Assembly (NCBI GenBank): GCA_037143235.1 | Contig: JBAWZC010000002.1 | Location: forward strand, 47,186-111,185 | Source of the DNA: Candidatus Berkelbacteria bacterium | GTDB lineage: Bacteria; Patescibacteriota; UBA1384; XYA2-FULL-43-10; 1-14-0-10-43-13 | Length of the DNA: 64,000 nucleotides | Direction: 5' to 3' | In this document: one piece after another, positions 17,881 to 26,713 of the stretch | How positions within the stretch are numbered: position 1 is the stretch's first letter | Layout: the number at the start of each line of letters is the position of its first letter | Made by a program: the position numbers and the translations under genes | Notes under the pieces: generated by a model | What the model saw: the letters and a program-made list of their open reading frames with translations, nothing else | Database searches by the model: none | What the model was told of the DNA's origin: nothing

Positions 17881-17939
17881 CCTCCAGCCTACACTTCAAG
17901 CTACGGCCGGCAAGCCGTTATACCATTTAACTATACCCC
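17881..17939 (-). other. tRNA 5'-half-like sequence (acceptor + D-arm) lacking a contiguous anticodon/T arm
   Basis: Minus strand AGGGGTA-TA-GTTA-AATGGTA-TAAC-G-GCTTGCCGGCCG... The acceptor strand AGGGGTA can pair (with G-U pairs) with TGCCTCT of the fragment at 17709-17736. Confidence 0.35.
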
Positions 17940-18339
17940 TAAAGACAAGCAATAAGCTTGCAAGCAGTAAGAATTAAGCTGAATACACTTAAACACTTAC
18001 CGGATTACTTGCCACAAAGTGGCCCCTTTGGGGCTTACCAGCCTGTCTTACTTTGTTTCTTTGTGATTGGTGCGAACTTTGCAAGTTTTGCAATACTTTG
18101 GCAGTTCGATCCGCTTGATAACGTCTTGCCCCTTCATACGCTTCTCAGTATGGTAACCTCTGCTTTTGCATGTTTCACATTCCAATGTGATCAATTTTCT
18201 AGCTTCCTTGGCCATGGATTCCTTGTTTCTATTACCCCGGATTTAATCCGGCATCTATTTAATGTTTCTCTGGATCCTGAATCAAGTTCAGGATGACATA
18301 CATTTTTTTGTCCCGCATAGCCCGTAGGGCGACGTGAGA

Positions 18340-18414
18340 TGGAGCCGATGGAGGGAATCGAACCCGCAACCTTCACTTTACAAAAGTGTTGCTCTACCAT
18401 TGAGCTACATCGGC
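18340..18414 (-). tRNA. tRNA-Thr(TGT)
   Basis: GCCGATG/TA/GCTC-AATGGTA-GAGC/A/ACACT-TTTGTAA-AGTGA/AGGTT/GCGGG-TTCGATT-CCCTC/CATCGGC/T/CCA. One mismatch each in the anticodon stem and T stem. Confidence 0.6.
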
Positions 18415-19010
18415 ATTTTAAATTTTTCTATCCACCCAACAATAACCTTAAGCAAATTCTTGTCGGAATATCTCAAAGAGGCCGTCCCATACTTTGATAT
18501 TTTCTTGTAACTTCCATTTGAATGGGCGTGACAATATGTTTTGCTAAACTGGCTTGTGGGAATTTTCGTACGATCAGACCAATATTTTTTCAGCTCTATC
18601 TCGTTTTGGTCATCGTATATATGAAGCAATAACCTAAGCCTCTGCTCCGACACTCCACATATCTCTCTCAAAAAACGAAGGAAATAACTCACCATATTAG
18701 GATCACTGTTGCTAAAAACAACACTATTGCCGTCTTTCGTGCCCTCGCCCCAGTACAGCATAACTCCAGCTATGCGCAAAACCTCTTGTTCTGGAGTTAA
18801 ATTTGTCAACACATTGCAAGAGTGTCTTCCAAATTTTGTTTCATGCAACAATCGACTTGCACTACTGTGATCCCTTCTGGGAACATTGCCAGCTATCAGC
18901 ACCTGATTTATACGAGACGATCCGATTCCAATTTTATCAGAAATTTGCTTGACTGAAAAACCAGACTGGTACATTTCAACGATTAATTTTGTTTCATGCA
19001 TACTTAACAT
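18405..19010 (-). CDS. HTH-domain protein, possible degenerate LAGLIDADG-type homing endonuclease
   Basis: 201 aa with an N-terminal HTH (FSVKQISDKIGIGSSRINQVL). MLYWGEGTKDGNSVVF resembles a LAGLIDADG/GDG motif. It sits between tRNA genes and its 5' end overlaps tRNA-Thr by 10 nt. Confidence 0.4.
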   Translation of the reverse strand: MLSMHETKLIVEMYQSGFSVKQISDKIGIGSSRINQVLIAGNVPRRDHSSASRLLHETKFGRHSCNVLTNLTPEQEVLRIAGVMLYWGEGTKDGNSVVFSNSDPNMVSYFLRFLREICGVSEQRLRLLLHIYDDQNEIELKKYWSDRTKIPTSQFSKTYCHAHSNGSYKKISKYGTASLRYSDKNLLKVIVGWIEKFKMPM

Positions 19011-19059
19011 AACAATGTTATACCAGACCTACTGTTATGCAACAACTATTTGAGTCGAG

Positions 19060-19145
19060 TGGTGCTGGGAGCAGGATTCGAACCTACGAAGGCATAAGCC
19101 GCCTGATTTACAGTCAGGTGCATTTGACCGCTTTGCTATCCCAGC
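19060..19145 (-). tRNA. tRNA-Tyr(GTA), long variable arm
   Basis: GCTGGGA/TA/GCAA-AGCGGTCAAA-TGC/ACCTGA-CTGTAAA-TCAGG/CGGCTTATGCCTTCG/TAGGT-TCGAATC-CTGC/TCCCAGC/A/CCA. Confidence 0.65.
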
Positions 19146-19373
19146 ATGCATCTCGCATTTCACCATTTCATCACTTTTTCATTTAAACATTTATAAATAA
19201 ATGACTAAATGATTAATTGATTAAATGGATGCATTTGGCCCTTCGACAAACTCAGGGTCATTCGACTTTACGACCAAGTTAATTAACTCACAGAATGGTT
19301 CACCATCCCTCGACCATGAGCCTCTCGGGATCGAATGGTGAGCGAGAGACCAGATTGTTGGTCTCGAGTCGAA

Positions 19374-19449
19374 TGGAGCCGTTGACGGGAATTGGACCCG
19401 TGACCTCGCCCTTACCAAGGGCGTGCTCTACCAACTGAGCTACAACGGC
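19374..19449 (-). tRNA. tRNA-Thr(GGT)
   Basis: GCCGTTG/TA/GCTC-AGTTGGTA-GAGC/A/CGCCC-TTGGTAA-GGGCG/AGGTC/ACGGG-TCCAATT-CCCGT/CAACGGC/T/CCA. All stems are perfect. The T-loop has C at position 55. Confidence 0.7.
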
Positions 19450-19623
19450 GCTAGGCAACTGACGAGCAGGCCTGCCAACTGCTCCGCATCAGCCTATGGT
19501 TGAGCAGGAGTCCCTGCTTCCACACAGTGGAATGCGGGAAGCTACAACGGCGGGAGTGGTCGACAACGACAACAAAAAAAATTATAGCATTTTATCCGCT
19601 TTCATTCAACCTCTGTCAGAAAT

Positions 19624-20349
19624 TTATTTCATTCTGGCAACATTCGCATGCGAACGCATTTTTTCTTCAGCCATATTGGCTAATTCTTTGTAATCTTTAT
19701 TGTCTATATCCAAACTTGCAGCCCGCTTCAAAGCTTTCGATGCCTTTGCGAACTGTCTCACTTCCAGATAGGCTTCGCCGAGCTGCGCTAACCACTCAGG
19801 CTGAGTCCTACCGAGACCAACCGCGCTCTGTAAATATTCGATCGCACCGGTATAATTTTCATTTTTCAACTCGATTCGCCCAAGCCAAAAATATGTTTCA
19901 CCGATTTCATGATTGCATTTCAAAGAAGCTTTCAAGGATTCCTTGGCTTCCTCGAAATTACCACGAGAAAAAGCAACCTTACCCACCATTAAATAGGCAC
20001 TAGCGCAGCGCTTGCTACGGTTCAGTGCATCAATAGCCAATTCTTCGGCGACTCTCAGATCATTATTATTGTATGCGTCTGTTGCTTGCATCAAGATACC
20101 TGCCAGTTCTGGATCAGACTCGGCAAATGCCTTCTGGGCGTTTTCGATCTCCACTGGCGCAATCATCGGCTCACTCTTACCCAAAACTGCTTCCTCAATC
20201 TCAGACAGAGCAATCAGCTTGCGCCTCTTGCGAAATAAATCCCAAAAACGAAACTTCTTTTTAGGACCGTCAGGATTGGTTTCCGGAAAATGGCGGAGCA
20301 ATAAGAACAGCGCCGCGGCCAAACAAACTATGATTATTATTTCGTACAT
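19624..20349 (-). CDS. tetratricopeptide-repeat protein with N-terminal TM anchor
   Basis: 241 aa. Repeated A/Y/L/G TPR-like helices (AYLMVGKVAFSRGNFEEAKESLKASLK...). Confidence 0.6.
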   Translation of the reverse strand: MYEIIIIVCLAAALFLLLRHFPETNPDGPKKKFRFWDLFRKRRKLIALSEIEEAVLGKSEPMIAPVEIENAQKAFAESDPELAGILMQATDAYNNNDLRVAEELAIDALNRSKRCASAYLMVGKVAFSRGNFEEAKESLKASLKCNHEIGETYFWLGRIELKNENYTGAIEYLQSAVGLGRTQPEWLAQLGEAYLEVRQFAKASKALKRAASLDIDNKDYKELANMAEEKMRSHANVARMK

Positions 20350-21134
20350 TCTGCCTCCATGTATCCTTTCTCACCAAGATACACCGTTACACTATTTTTT
20401 AAAATGTTTTGTGAAACAATCTTGCCGACACCCTTGGAAGTTTTGTATTGAGTCCCGATCGCTGGCATCTTCTTCTTAGCTTCGACATAGCCTTCGAGCT
20501 CATGACGCAAGCAGCACATCACCTTACCACAAGATCCAGTCACTCTTCCTGGCCCCATCTGACCGAGATTTTGTACGGCTGCCATATCCAGCGTCGCTCC
20601 GTCAAGATTGCCTTTCATAAATCTCTTGCAACAATATTCTTCACCACAGCGTCCGATACCGCCAACACACTTTGCTCGTTCTCGTGCACCAACCTGTTGC
20701 AAGCGAATTAATTTGTGAAAACTTGAAGCTAACTCCGAAACCATCGAACGAAAATCAACTCGTCCTGGGGCAGTAAAATAAAAAGTTAATTTCTTGTCAT
20801 CAAAGGATAGATCAGCGTCCGCGAGCTCCATCGGTAGATTGTGGCGAAGAATTATTTCTCGACAAGTCGCGATATTACTTCTGGCACTTTTTTGCTTCTC
20901 GATATCGTGAGCCTCATCTTTTTCATTCACTCGGCGGATAATTGCAGTCGGCAAAATCGGATTTTTATTGTTTTCACTGTCAGAAACAGCACATTTTTTT
21001 GATATTACCTTGCCGATCTCCTGACACTGTTCATTTTCAAAGAGCACAGCTGTGCCCTCATCTATCTCCATCTTTTCGTCTTTGGTCTCAAATATCCGAC
21101 CATCGCTTCTAGCCCTAATATAATATGTGCTCAT
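20337..21134 (-). CDS. ricT: PSP1-domain protein (YaaT/RicT family)
   Basis: The segment LTFYFTAPGRVDFRSMVSELAS is the PSP1 C-terminal domain signature. A Cys-rich tail (CGRCGEEYCC ... CGKVMCCL) follows. Adjacent to holB as in Bacillus. Confidence 0.65.
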   Translation of the reverse strand: MSTYYIRARSDGRIFETKDEKMEIDEGTAVLFENEQCQEIGKVISKKCAVSDSENNKNPILPTAIIRRVNEKDEAHDIEKQKSARSNIATCREIILRHNLPMELADADLSFDDKKLTFYFTAPGRVDFRSMVSELASSFHKLIRLQQVGARERAKCVGGIGRCGEEYCCKRFMKGNLDGATLDMAAVQNLGQMGPGRVTGSCGKVMCCLRHELEGYVEAKKKMPAIGTQYKTSKGVGKIVSQNILKNSVTVYLGEKGYMEAECTK

Positions 21135-21811
21135 ACCAAATCCCTTATTTTTAGATAAACATTCTCCAAGATCAGTCGCTGATTAGCATTTGTGGATAAC
21201 TTCTCAGTCGCCGCAAAGATCTCCCTGAGCGCGTCAGCATACTTTTCACTCTTAGATAATAGCATTTTTTTTTCAAAATGTCTTGTGATTTGCAGCATCA
21301 ATTCTTTGCTTCGCCCATCTTTTGCCAAAATATCGGCCTGAAGTGAAAATTGATAGAAATCTTTCTGGAAATACTCCACAAGATCACTTCCATCTCCGAT
21401 GCTTGTATTCTCAGAGATCAATCGACATCGGGAAACAATCGTCGGCAAGATAGCTAAAGTTTTGGCCGAAATGAAAAAATATGTATCAGCGGGAGGCTCT
21501 TCCAGCATCTTTAGCAAGACATTGCCAGACGCAGGATTTAACTGGTCAGTCTGCGGGATAATACCAATTTTTGCTGGACCGAAGGCTGATTGTGACATCT
21601 TTTGAACAAATATTTTTGCTGCCTCAGCCTTGATCTGAGTTTTATCATCCTCGGGATCATCGGATTCAAGCCGAAAAATATCCATCTTTTCGATACCATA
21701 ATGCGATATCAAAATTTCCGCCAGTTTATCGCTCATCTGTGACGAGCCCACAAACAAAAAAGCATGGAAATTGTCAGCCAGCCCAGTTTTGAATTTTTCT
21801 ATTATATCCAC
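21131..21811 (-). CDS. holB: DNA polymerase III delta' subunit-like (short)
   Basis: 226 aa with a degenerate P-loop (AFLFVGSSQ) and the LLKMLEEPP motif. Overlaps yaaT by 4 nt. Confidence 0.55.
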   Translation of the reverse strand: MDIIEKFKTGLADNFHAFLFVGSSQMSDKLAEILISHYGIEKMDIFRLESDDPEDDKTQIKAEAAKIFVQKMSQSAFGPAKIGIIPQTDQLNPASGNVLLKMLEEPPADTYFFISAKTLAILPTIVSRCRLISENTSIGDGSDLVEYFQKDFYQFSLQADILAKDGRSKELMLQITRHFEKKMLLSKSEKYADALREIFAATEKLSTNANQRLILENVYLKIRDLV

Positions 21812-21906
21812 TTCCGTAAATTAGCAACTTTGGAGGCAAAAGACAATGACACTTTTACTATTTTCACTAAAATATGATAAAGTGAGATCACAACAAGGAA
21901 AGGACT

Positions 21907-22245
21907 ATGATGAATAAATCAGGTGTCAGCGAGGCCGATCTCGAAGAAAAAATCTTGATCTGCAAGGATTGCGGTAATAAATTTGCCTTTACCACAGGCG
22001 AACAAAAGTTTTTTATTGATAAGGGCCTACAAAATATCCCCAAGCGCTGCAAGCCATGCGCCGCAAAGTTCCGTGCTGCGCTACACGAAAAGCACCCTGT
22101 TTGGTGGATCAAATGTAAAAATTGTGGCAAAAAAGCCGAAGTTCCCTTTGAGCCTCTGAGCGAAGATATTTTGTGCGAGAGTTGTTTTGGCGCCGAGATT
22201 GAAAAAAGAGATAAAGCGATATCAGAGCTTAAAGACAAGAGCTAA
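21907..22245 (+). CDS. zinc-ribbon domain protein (three CxxC pairs)
   Basis: 112 aa with CKDCGNK...CKPC, CKNCGKK...CESC. Confidence 0.5.
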   Translation: MMNKSGVSEADLEEKILICKDCGNKFAFTTGEQKFFIDKGLQNIPKRCKPCAAKFRAALHEKHPVWWIKCKNCGKKAEVPFEPLSEDILCESCFGAEIEKRDKAISELKDKS

Positions 22246-22295
22246 ATCGACAAACCACAACCTAAACTTAAAATTATTATTTATTTTATTTTTTC

Positions 22296-22395
22296 TATTC
22301 TCCTTGTCATTCCCGCGCAGGCGGGAATCTACAAATAGTTGTATTATTCTGGATTCCTGCCGGAGTTTATCCTGAACTCGTTTCAGGGCAGGAAT
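22296..22395. repeat. palindromic element related to the one at 14226-14298
   Basis: Left arm tgtcattcccgcgcaggcgggaatctac. Right arm attcctgccggag...cagggcaggaatgacaa. Confidence 0.5.
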
Positions 22396-22416
22396 GACAA
22401 ACGAAGAAATAACAAA

Positions 22417-22452
22417 AAAACTCCCGAGAGCAATCTCAGGAGTTTTTGTTTT
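22417..22452. terminator. bidirectional intrinsic terminator between convergent genes
   Basis: aaaaaaactcccgagagcaatctcaggagtttttgtttt. Confidence 0.7.
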
Positions 22453-22460
22453 AGATCAAT

Positions 22461-22688
22461 TTATTTGACTGATTCAACCTCAGCTGTCTCAGCAGGAGCT
22501 ACAGTTTGAGCGGCATACGCTTGCTCATTTCTCAAATTTGTTTTGATAGTTTTCAAACATTTTGTACACAAGATAACGCCGTTAACCTTTTGCAGGTTAG
22601 CTTTAAATTGTCTCTTGGTATGAACCTTTGAGTGTGAAATATTACTACCGGCTGAAACGCCTTTTTTACAGATTAAACAATGAGCCAT
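22461..22688 (-). CDS. rpmB: 50S ribosomal protein L28
   Basis: 75 aa, MAHCLICKKGVSAGSNISHSKVHTKRQFKANLQKV, the L28 signature. Confidence 0.8.
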   Translation of the reverse strand: MAHCLICKKGVSAGSNISHSKVHTKRQFKANLQKVNGVILCTKCLKTIKTNLRNEQAYAAQTVAPAETAEVESVK

Positions 22689-22862
22689 TTGTGCCCTATT
22701 CTAAGCTAATTTTTTTTGATAAGATTGCTTTGTATCATCATAACTTATTCTTCGAGCGAATTTGATGAGTCGAGAAGTATATAATAGTTTTCAACGGACC
22801 CGAACAAGAATTTCGATACTTGCCAATATTAACACAATTTCAATTATATTTCAAGGACAAAT

Positions 22863-23501
22863 ATGCTTATACTCACACTGTTAGACAACCCGCTGGCTTT
22901 TGCCGCCTATATTCTCGCCCTGATCATCGGTTTCACTGTTCATGAATTTGCCCACGCTTTCGCCGCCAATCAGCTTGGCGATGATACGGCAAAACTGATG
23001 AGGCGATTAACTTTAAATCCCCTAGCCCACCTCGATCCGCTCGGGACTATCTTTCTACTAGCTTTTGGTTTTGGCTGGGGCAAACCAGTGGAGATAAACC
23101 CAAATCGTCTCAAAAGTCGCACCGACGAAATCATCGTCTCTCTTGCTGGCATCTTCGCAAATTTAGTTTTGGCCACACTTTTCTATCTACCAATCAGACT
23201 GGGTTTGATCGATACCAATTCACTTGCCTCAGTACTCCTTCATTTTATCGTCCTGATAAACTTATACCTTGCCGCTTTCAACATCCTGCCAATACCGCCA
23301 CTCGATGGTTCACATGTGATCAGCGTATTTTTGCCGATAATAACTAGAAATATAATTGCTTCACTGGGCACATATCTTCTACTGTTTATCTTGATCTTCA
23401 GCTCTTTTGGTGGTGGCGCTTCTCTCCTTAGTACTATTATGAACCCGATCGTCTCATTTTTCTCCCTGTTGACCACTGGCAACTCCTCTTTCGCTTTTTA
23501 G
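22863..23501 (+). CDS. site-2 protease family (M50) zinc metalloprotease
   Basis: 212 aa with an HEFAH motif in a TM helix and a downstream LDG motif. Polytopic membrane protein. Confidence 0.7.
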   Translation: MLILTLLDNPLAFAAYILALIIGFTVHEFAHAFAANQLGDDTAKLMRRLTLNPLAHLDPLGTIFLLAFGFGWGKPVEINPNRLKSRTDEIIVSLAGIFANLVLATLFYLPIRLGLIDTNSLASVLLHFIVLINLYLAAFNILPIPPLDGSHVISVFLPIITRNIIASLGTYLLLFILIFSSFGGGASLLSTIMNPIVSFFSLLTTGNSSFAF

Positions 23502-23502
23502 C

Positions 23503-24969
23503 ATGAATAGAATCGCGAAATTTATGCAAAGATACGCCTTATTATTGGCAATCATGATTGTCACGATTTCGAGCTTTTCAATTTATTTTTTTCGTTACAA
23601 TGTGCCAAATTCACCCTACTGGGACGAAAACTACCACATCGCCTCAGCCGAAAAATATCTCACCGGGACTTTCTTTTTTGAACCACACCCGCCCCTCGGC
23701 AAGATGCTAATTGCCCTAGGCGAAAAGGTCACCCATTCGAACAGCGACATCGACAAATCCAGCTTCAACAATACTGATTTTATTAAAAACTTTCCAACGA
23801 ATTACAGTTTTTTTGGCGTCAGACTATTGCCAACAATTTTTGCTGTTATTGCTTCAATTCTGTTTTTTATCTTAATTTTTACTCTCACCAAAAGCATCAT
23901 TATTTCGCTCGCAACTTGGTTGTTTTATCTACTCGACACCGCCATCATCCTTCATTTTCGAGGTGCCATGCTCGACGGCATCCAAATCACATTTTCGCTC
24001 GCCGCTCTAATTTTCTTTGCAACTCTCGTACAGGATAAGACAAAATCATATTTTTGGAAAATGACATTTCTCGGACTTTTTGTCGGTTTGGCTGTTGCCA
24101 CCAAGCTAAATGGACTTTATCTCCTTTCTTTATATCTCTTTCTAATCCCATGGAAACAAATCAGACACATACTCAGCAGAGACTTTTGTCGAGAAATTAT
24201 AGCAATTTTTTATTCAATCTTGGTTGGTTGCCTTGTCGTCCTCTCAATCTATATCACCCACTTAGCGATTACCGAAAACATTGTCGACGACAGAACTTAC
24301 GAGCTCGACCAGACACCGATCGACATAGTGAAAAATGGTTACAAAAACCCAACTGATTATCTCACCATGACGGTCAAATATATTGAATATGAAAATAAGT
24401 ATAATACCAAAGTCCCAGCGCTAAACCTGACCAGCCCGACCGAAAACGGGAGCCCACCACTAACTTGGGCCTTCGGCATCAAACCGATCAGATATCGTTA
24501 CGACACTAACTTTGTCGATACTTCCTACCTATATTTGACACCCAATCCTGTGGTTTGGGGCATCGGTCTCATCGGCCTCATCCTATCGATTTCACTAATC
24601 ATCTCAAAATTCTTATTTAAACTAGAAGTGGTCGACAAGAAACTGTATAAACTGATTACTGTTTTCTGTTTTCTTTACTTGTCGTATATGGTTCCGATGT
24701 TTTTCATTTCCCGTGTTATGTACCTCTACCACTATATTCCAGCCCTCGTCATCTCAATCATCTTGTTTGGCCTAAATCTTGCTTATCTCCGGTCGATCTA
24801 TCGTCGCCGAGAAACAATTTTTACCATCGTGATTGCTCTGCTCATTGCGATGACGGTCTATGTTTTTTGTCTTTACAGCCCACTAGTTTATTACAAAAAA
24901 ATTAGTTGTCCAGAACTGAAAGGTCTCGAGATTAGTAAACTCTGGCAGATGAGCTGCCCAACCAAATGA
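23503..24969 (+). CDS. polytopic membrane glycosyltransferase (GT39/PMT- or ArnT-like, lipid-carrier dependent)
   Basis: 488 aa, multi-TM, with an N-terminal loop containing the acidic DE motif (YWDENYH). Confidence 0.5.
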   Translation: MNRIAKFMQRYALLLAIMIVTISSFSIYFFRYNVPNSPYWDENYHIASAEKYLTGTFFFEPHPPLGKMLIALGEKVTHSNSDIDKSSFNNTDFIKNFPTNYSFFGVRLLPTIFAVIASILFFILIFTLTKSIIISLATWLFYLLDTAIILHFRGAMLDGIQITFSLAALIFFATLVQDKTKSYFWKMTFLGLFVGLAVATKLNGLYLLSLYLFLIPWKQIRHILSRDFCREIIAIFYSILVGCLVVLSIYITHLAITENIVDDRTYELDQTPIDIVKNGYKNPTDYLTMTVKYIEYENKYNTKVPALNLTSPTENGSPPLTWAFGIKPIRYRYDTNFVDTSYLYLTPNPVVWGIGLIGLILSISLIISKFLFKLEVVDKKLYKLITVFCFLYLSYMVPMFFISRVMYLYHYIPALVISIILFGLNLAYLRSIYRRRETIFTIVIALLIAMTVYVFCLYSPLVYYKKISCPELKGLEISKLWQMSCPTK

Positions 24970-26474
24970 AATTACTCTATCACATTTTTTCATCGATAAT
25001 TGCCCTTGGCATTATCTTTTTTCTGATTACAGGCGGACACCAAGCAAGTACAACTTTGACCAAAGCAAATGAGTCAACGATTCCACAAAACAAAAAAGAA
25101 CTAGTCGCGACTCATTACTTCGTTCCAGTCACGAGTTTTGCTGACTATCGAACCAATATTTCCTCCACTGACCTTGGCAAACAAAACCTTTGTGCGAGCA
25201 TTGACGATAAACGATATTTGGAAAAGATTTTGCCAGATATGACGATATCATACTTTAATACGACGAAGATCAAACCAACTTTTGACAACAAAATTTGGTT
25301 GCTTTCGCCTGACGACATTGATTTTTCGATGAAAACATTGAAAATAGATAATCAAAATTTCTGGGACAAAGGTACTGATTTATCATTATATCCACTGAAA
25401 TCAACTGAGTTATCAGACACGAATACCGAAGCCAAAGACCTACGCGAACGATTTTTCGTTGGAGGCGAAATCATCCCTGCTCGAGCTGTCGATCGACTCG
25501 CTCTCAATAAATATAACAATTACACTTATCTTTTCGATTTCTTCCGACACGATATCGAAACTGCCGACCTTTCGCTGGCCATGTTGGAAAATCCCATTAG
25601 CGGCGACCCAGAGCCCTGCACTGGTTGTATGTCCTTTGTCGGCGATGAGAAAAATGCCGCCGGACTATCGACAGTTGGTTTTGATATGCTTAGTCTCGCC
25701 GGCAATCATGCTGGCGACGGCAATCAATCCGCTTACGCCCGAACTATTGAAGTTCTAAAAGCCGCCGGTATCGAAACAACCGGTACTGGCAAAAGTGACG
25801 AGGACAAGATTCGCCCAGCAATCAAGGTAGTCAACGGCCAGCGCATCGGCCTGATCGGCGCCGACAGCATCTCTAGCTACTACTGGAACAAGGGTACCAA
25901 TCGCTACGGCACGAACTGGTTTTCAAACCAAATGAATAACGGCACAGACCAAGATCGCGTCGACCTGATCAAAACACTAAAAGCACAATATCAGATCGAC
26001 TATCTCATCATCTATATGAGTTGGGGTATCGAGTACACCAATGTCGCCACCAAATTTCAGACCGATCTTGCCCACGATCTGATCGATCACGGCGCTGACC
26101 TGATTGTCTCAAGTCATCCACACTGGGTTCAAAATATGGAAATATACAAAGGCGTGCCGATCTTTTATGCTCTCGGCAATTTTATCTTTGATCAAACGCA
26201 TACCGACCCAACCAGAGAAGGAGTTGTCCTCAATCTTTACTATTACAATCACACACTGAAATCGATCGAAATTGTACCACATCTGACATGCAGTGTTCAC
26301 ATGACTTCGAACAATCTGACAGAAAAATATCTAAACGGTCAGATAGATAAAAATTTTCTCAGCTCTCATCCTGAGAATCAGGGCTGTGTCTATCTGCAAC
26401 CTCGAGCACTGACAAAATCAGACTCTCGCTACAAAGAAATACTCGACCGGATGATGCAATACACAAAATTCTAG
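24966..26474 (+). CDS. capA: CapA-family metallophosphatase (poly-gamma-glutamate capsule biosynthesis protein CapA/PgsA-like)
   Basis: 502 aa with an N-terminal TM and a C-terminal metallophosphoesterase domain (GNHAGD, SSHPHWVQ, ALGNFIFDQ). Confidence 0.65.
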   Translation: MKLLYHIFSSIIALGIIFFLITGGHQASTTLTKANESTIPQNKKELVATHYFVPVTSFADYRTNISSTDLGKQNLCASIDDKRYLEKILPDMTISYFNTTKIKPTFDNKIWLLSPDDIDFSMKTLKIDNQNFWDKGTDLSLYPLKSTELSDTNTEAKDLRERFFVGGEIIPARAVDRLALNKYNNYTYLFDFFRHDIETADLSLAMLENPISGDPEPCTGCMSFVGDEKNAAGLSTVGFDMLSLAGNHAGDGNQSAYARTIEVLKAAGIETTGTGKSDEDKIRPAIKVVNGQRIGLIGADSISSYYWNKGTNRYGTNWFSNQMNNGTDQDRVDLIKTLKAQYQIDYLIIYMSWGIEYTNVATKFQTDLAHDLIDHGADLIVSSHPHWVQNMEIYKGVPIFYALGNFIFDQTHTDPTREGVVLNLYYYNHTLKSIEIVPHLTCSVHMTSNNLTEKYLNGQIDKNFLSSHPENQGCVYLQPRALTKSDSRYKEILDRMMQYTKF

Positions 26475-26539
26475 TCTCAAATATTCAATGGCTCAGGGAT
26501 ATCTACCTGTGAGCCATTGAGCTTACTCCGTAGTAAGTG

Positions 26540-26640
26540 ATCACTACCATATTCTTCTCTTTCGTCGTAGCCCAGACTTTAGTCTGTTTGCATTAGCAAC
26601 AAGCTGAAGCTTGGGCTACGGTGAACAGTTACACTCCGCA
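26540..26640. repeat. REP-like palindromes (family A)
   Basis: tcgtcgtagcccagactttagtctg and caagctgaagcttgggctacggtgaac. Confidence 0.5.
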
Positions 26641-26713
26641 CTCTTGCATTTTTACCCTCTTTGCTCTACAATCACATCAATTCTCCAGGATGGACCACGG
26701 CTCAAGATGAGCA

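Noticed and set aside
17958-18400. ORFs 17958..18296(+) and 18191..18400(-) in the tRNA-cluster spacer
   Set aside because: Mutually overlapping, motif-free, in a hairpin-rich region flanked by tRNAs. More likely non-coding RNA or decayed DNA than protein-coding.
19221-19418. ORF 19221..19418(-) 65 aa
   Set aside because: It overlaps the 5' leader of tRNA-Thr(GGT) in a region dense with RNA-like hairpins, with no RBS. Rejected as coding.
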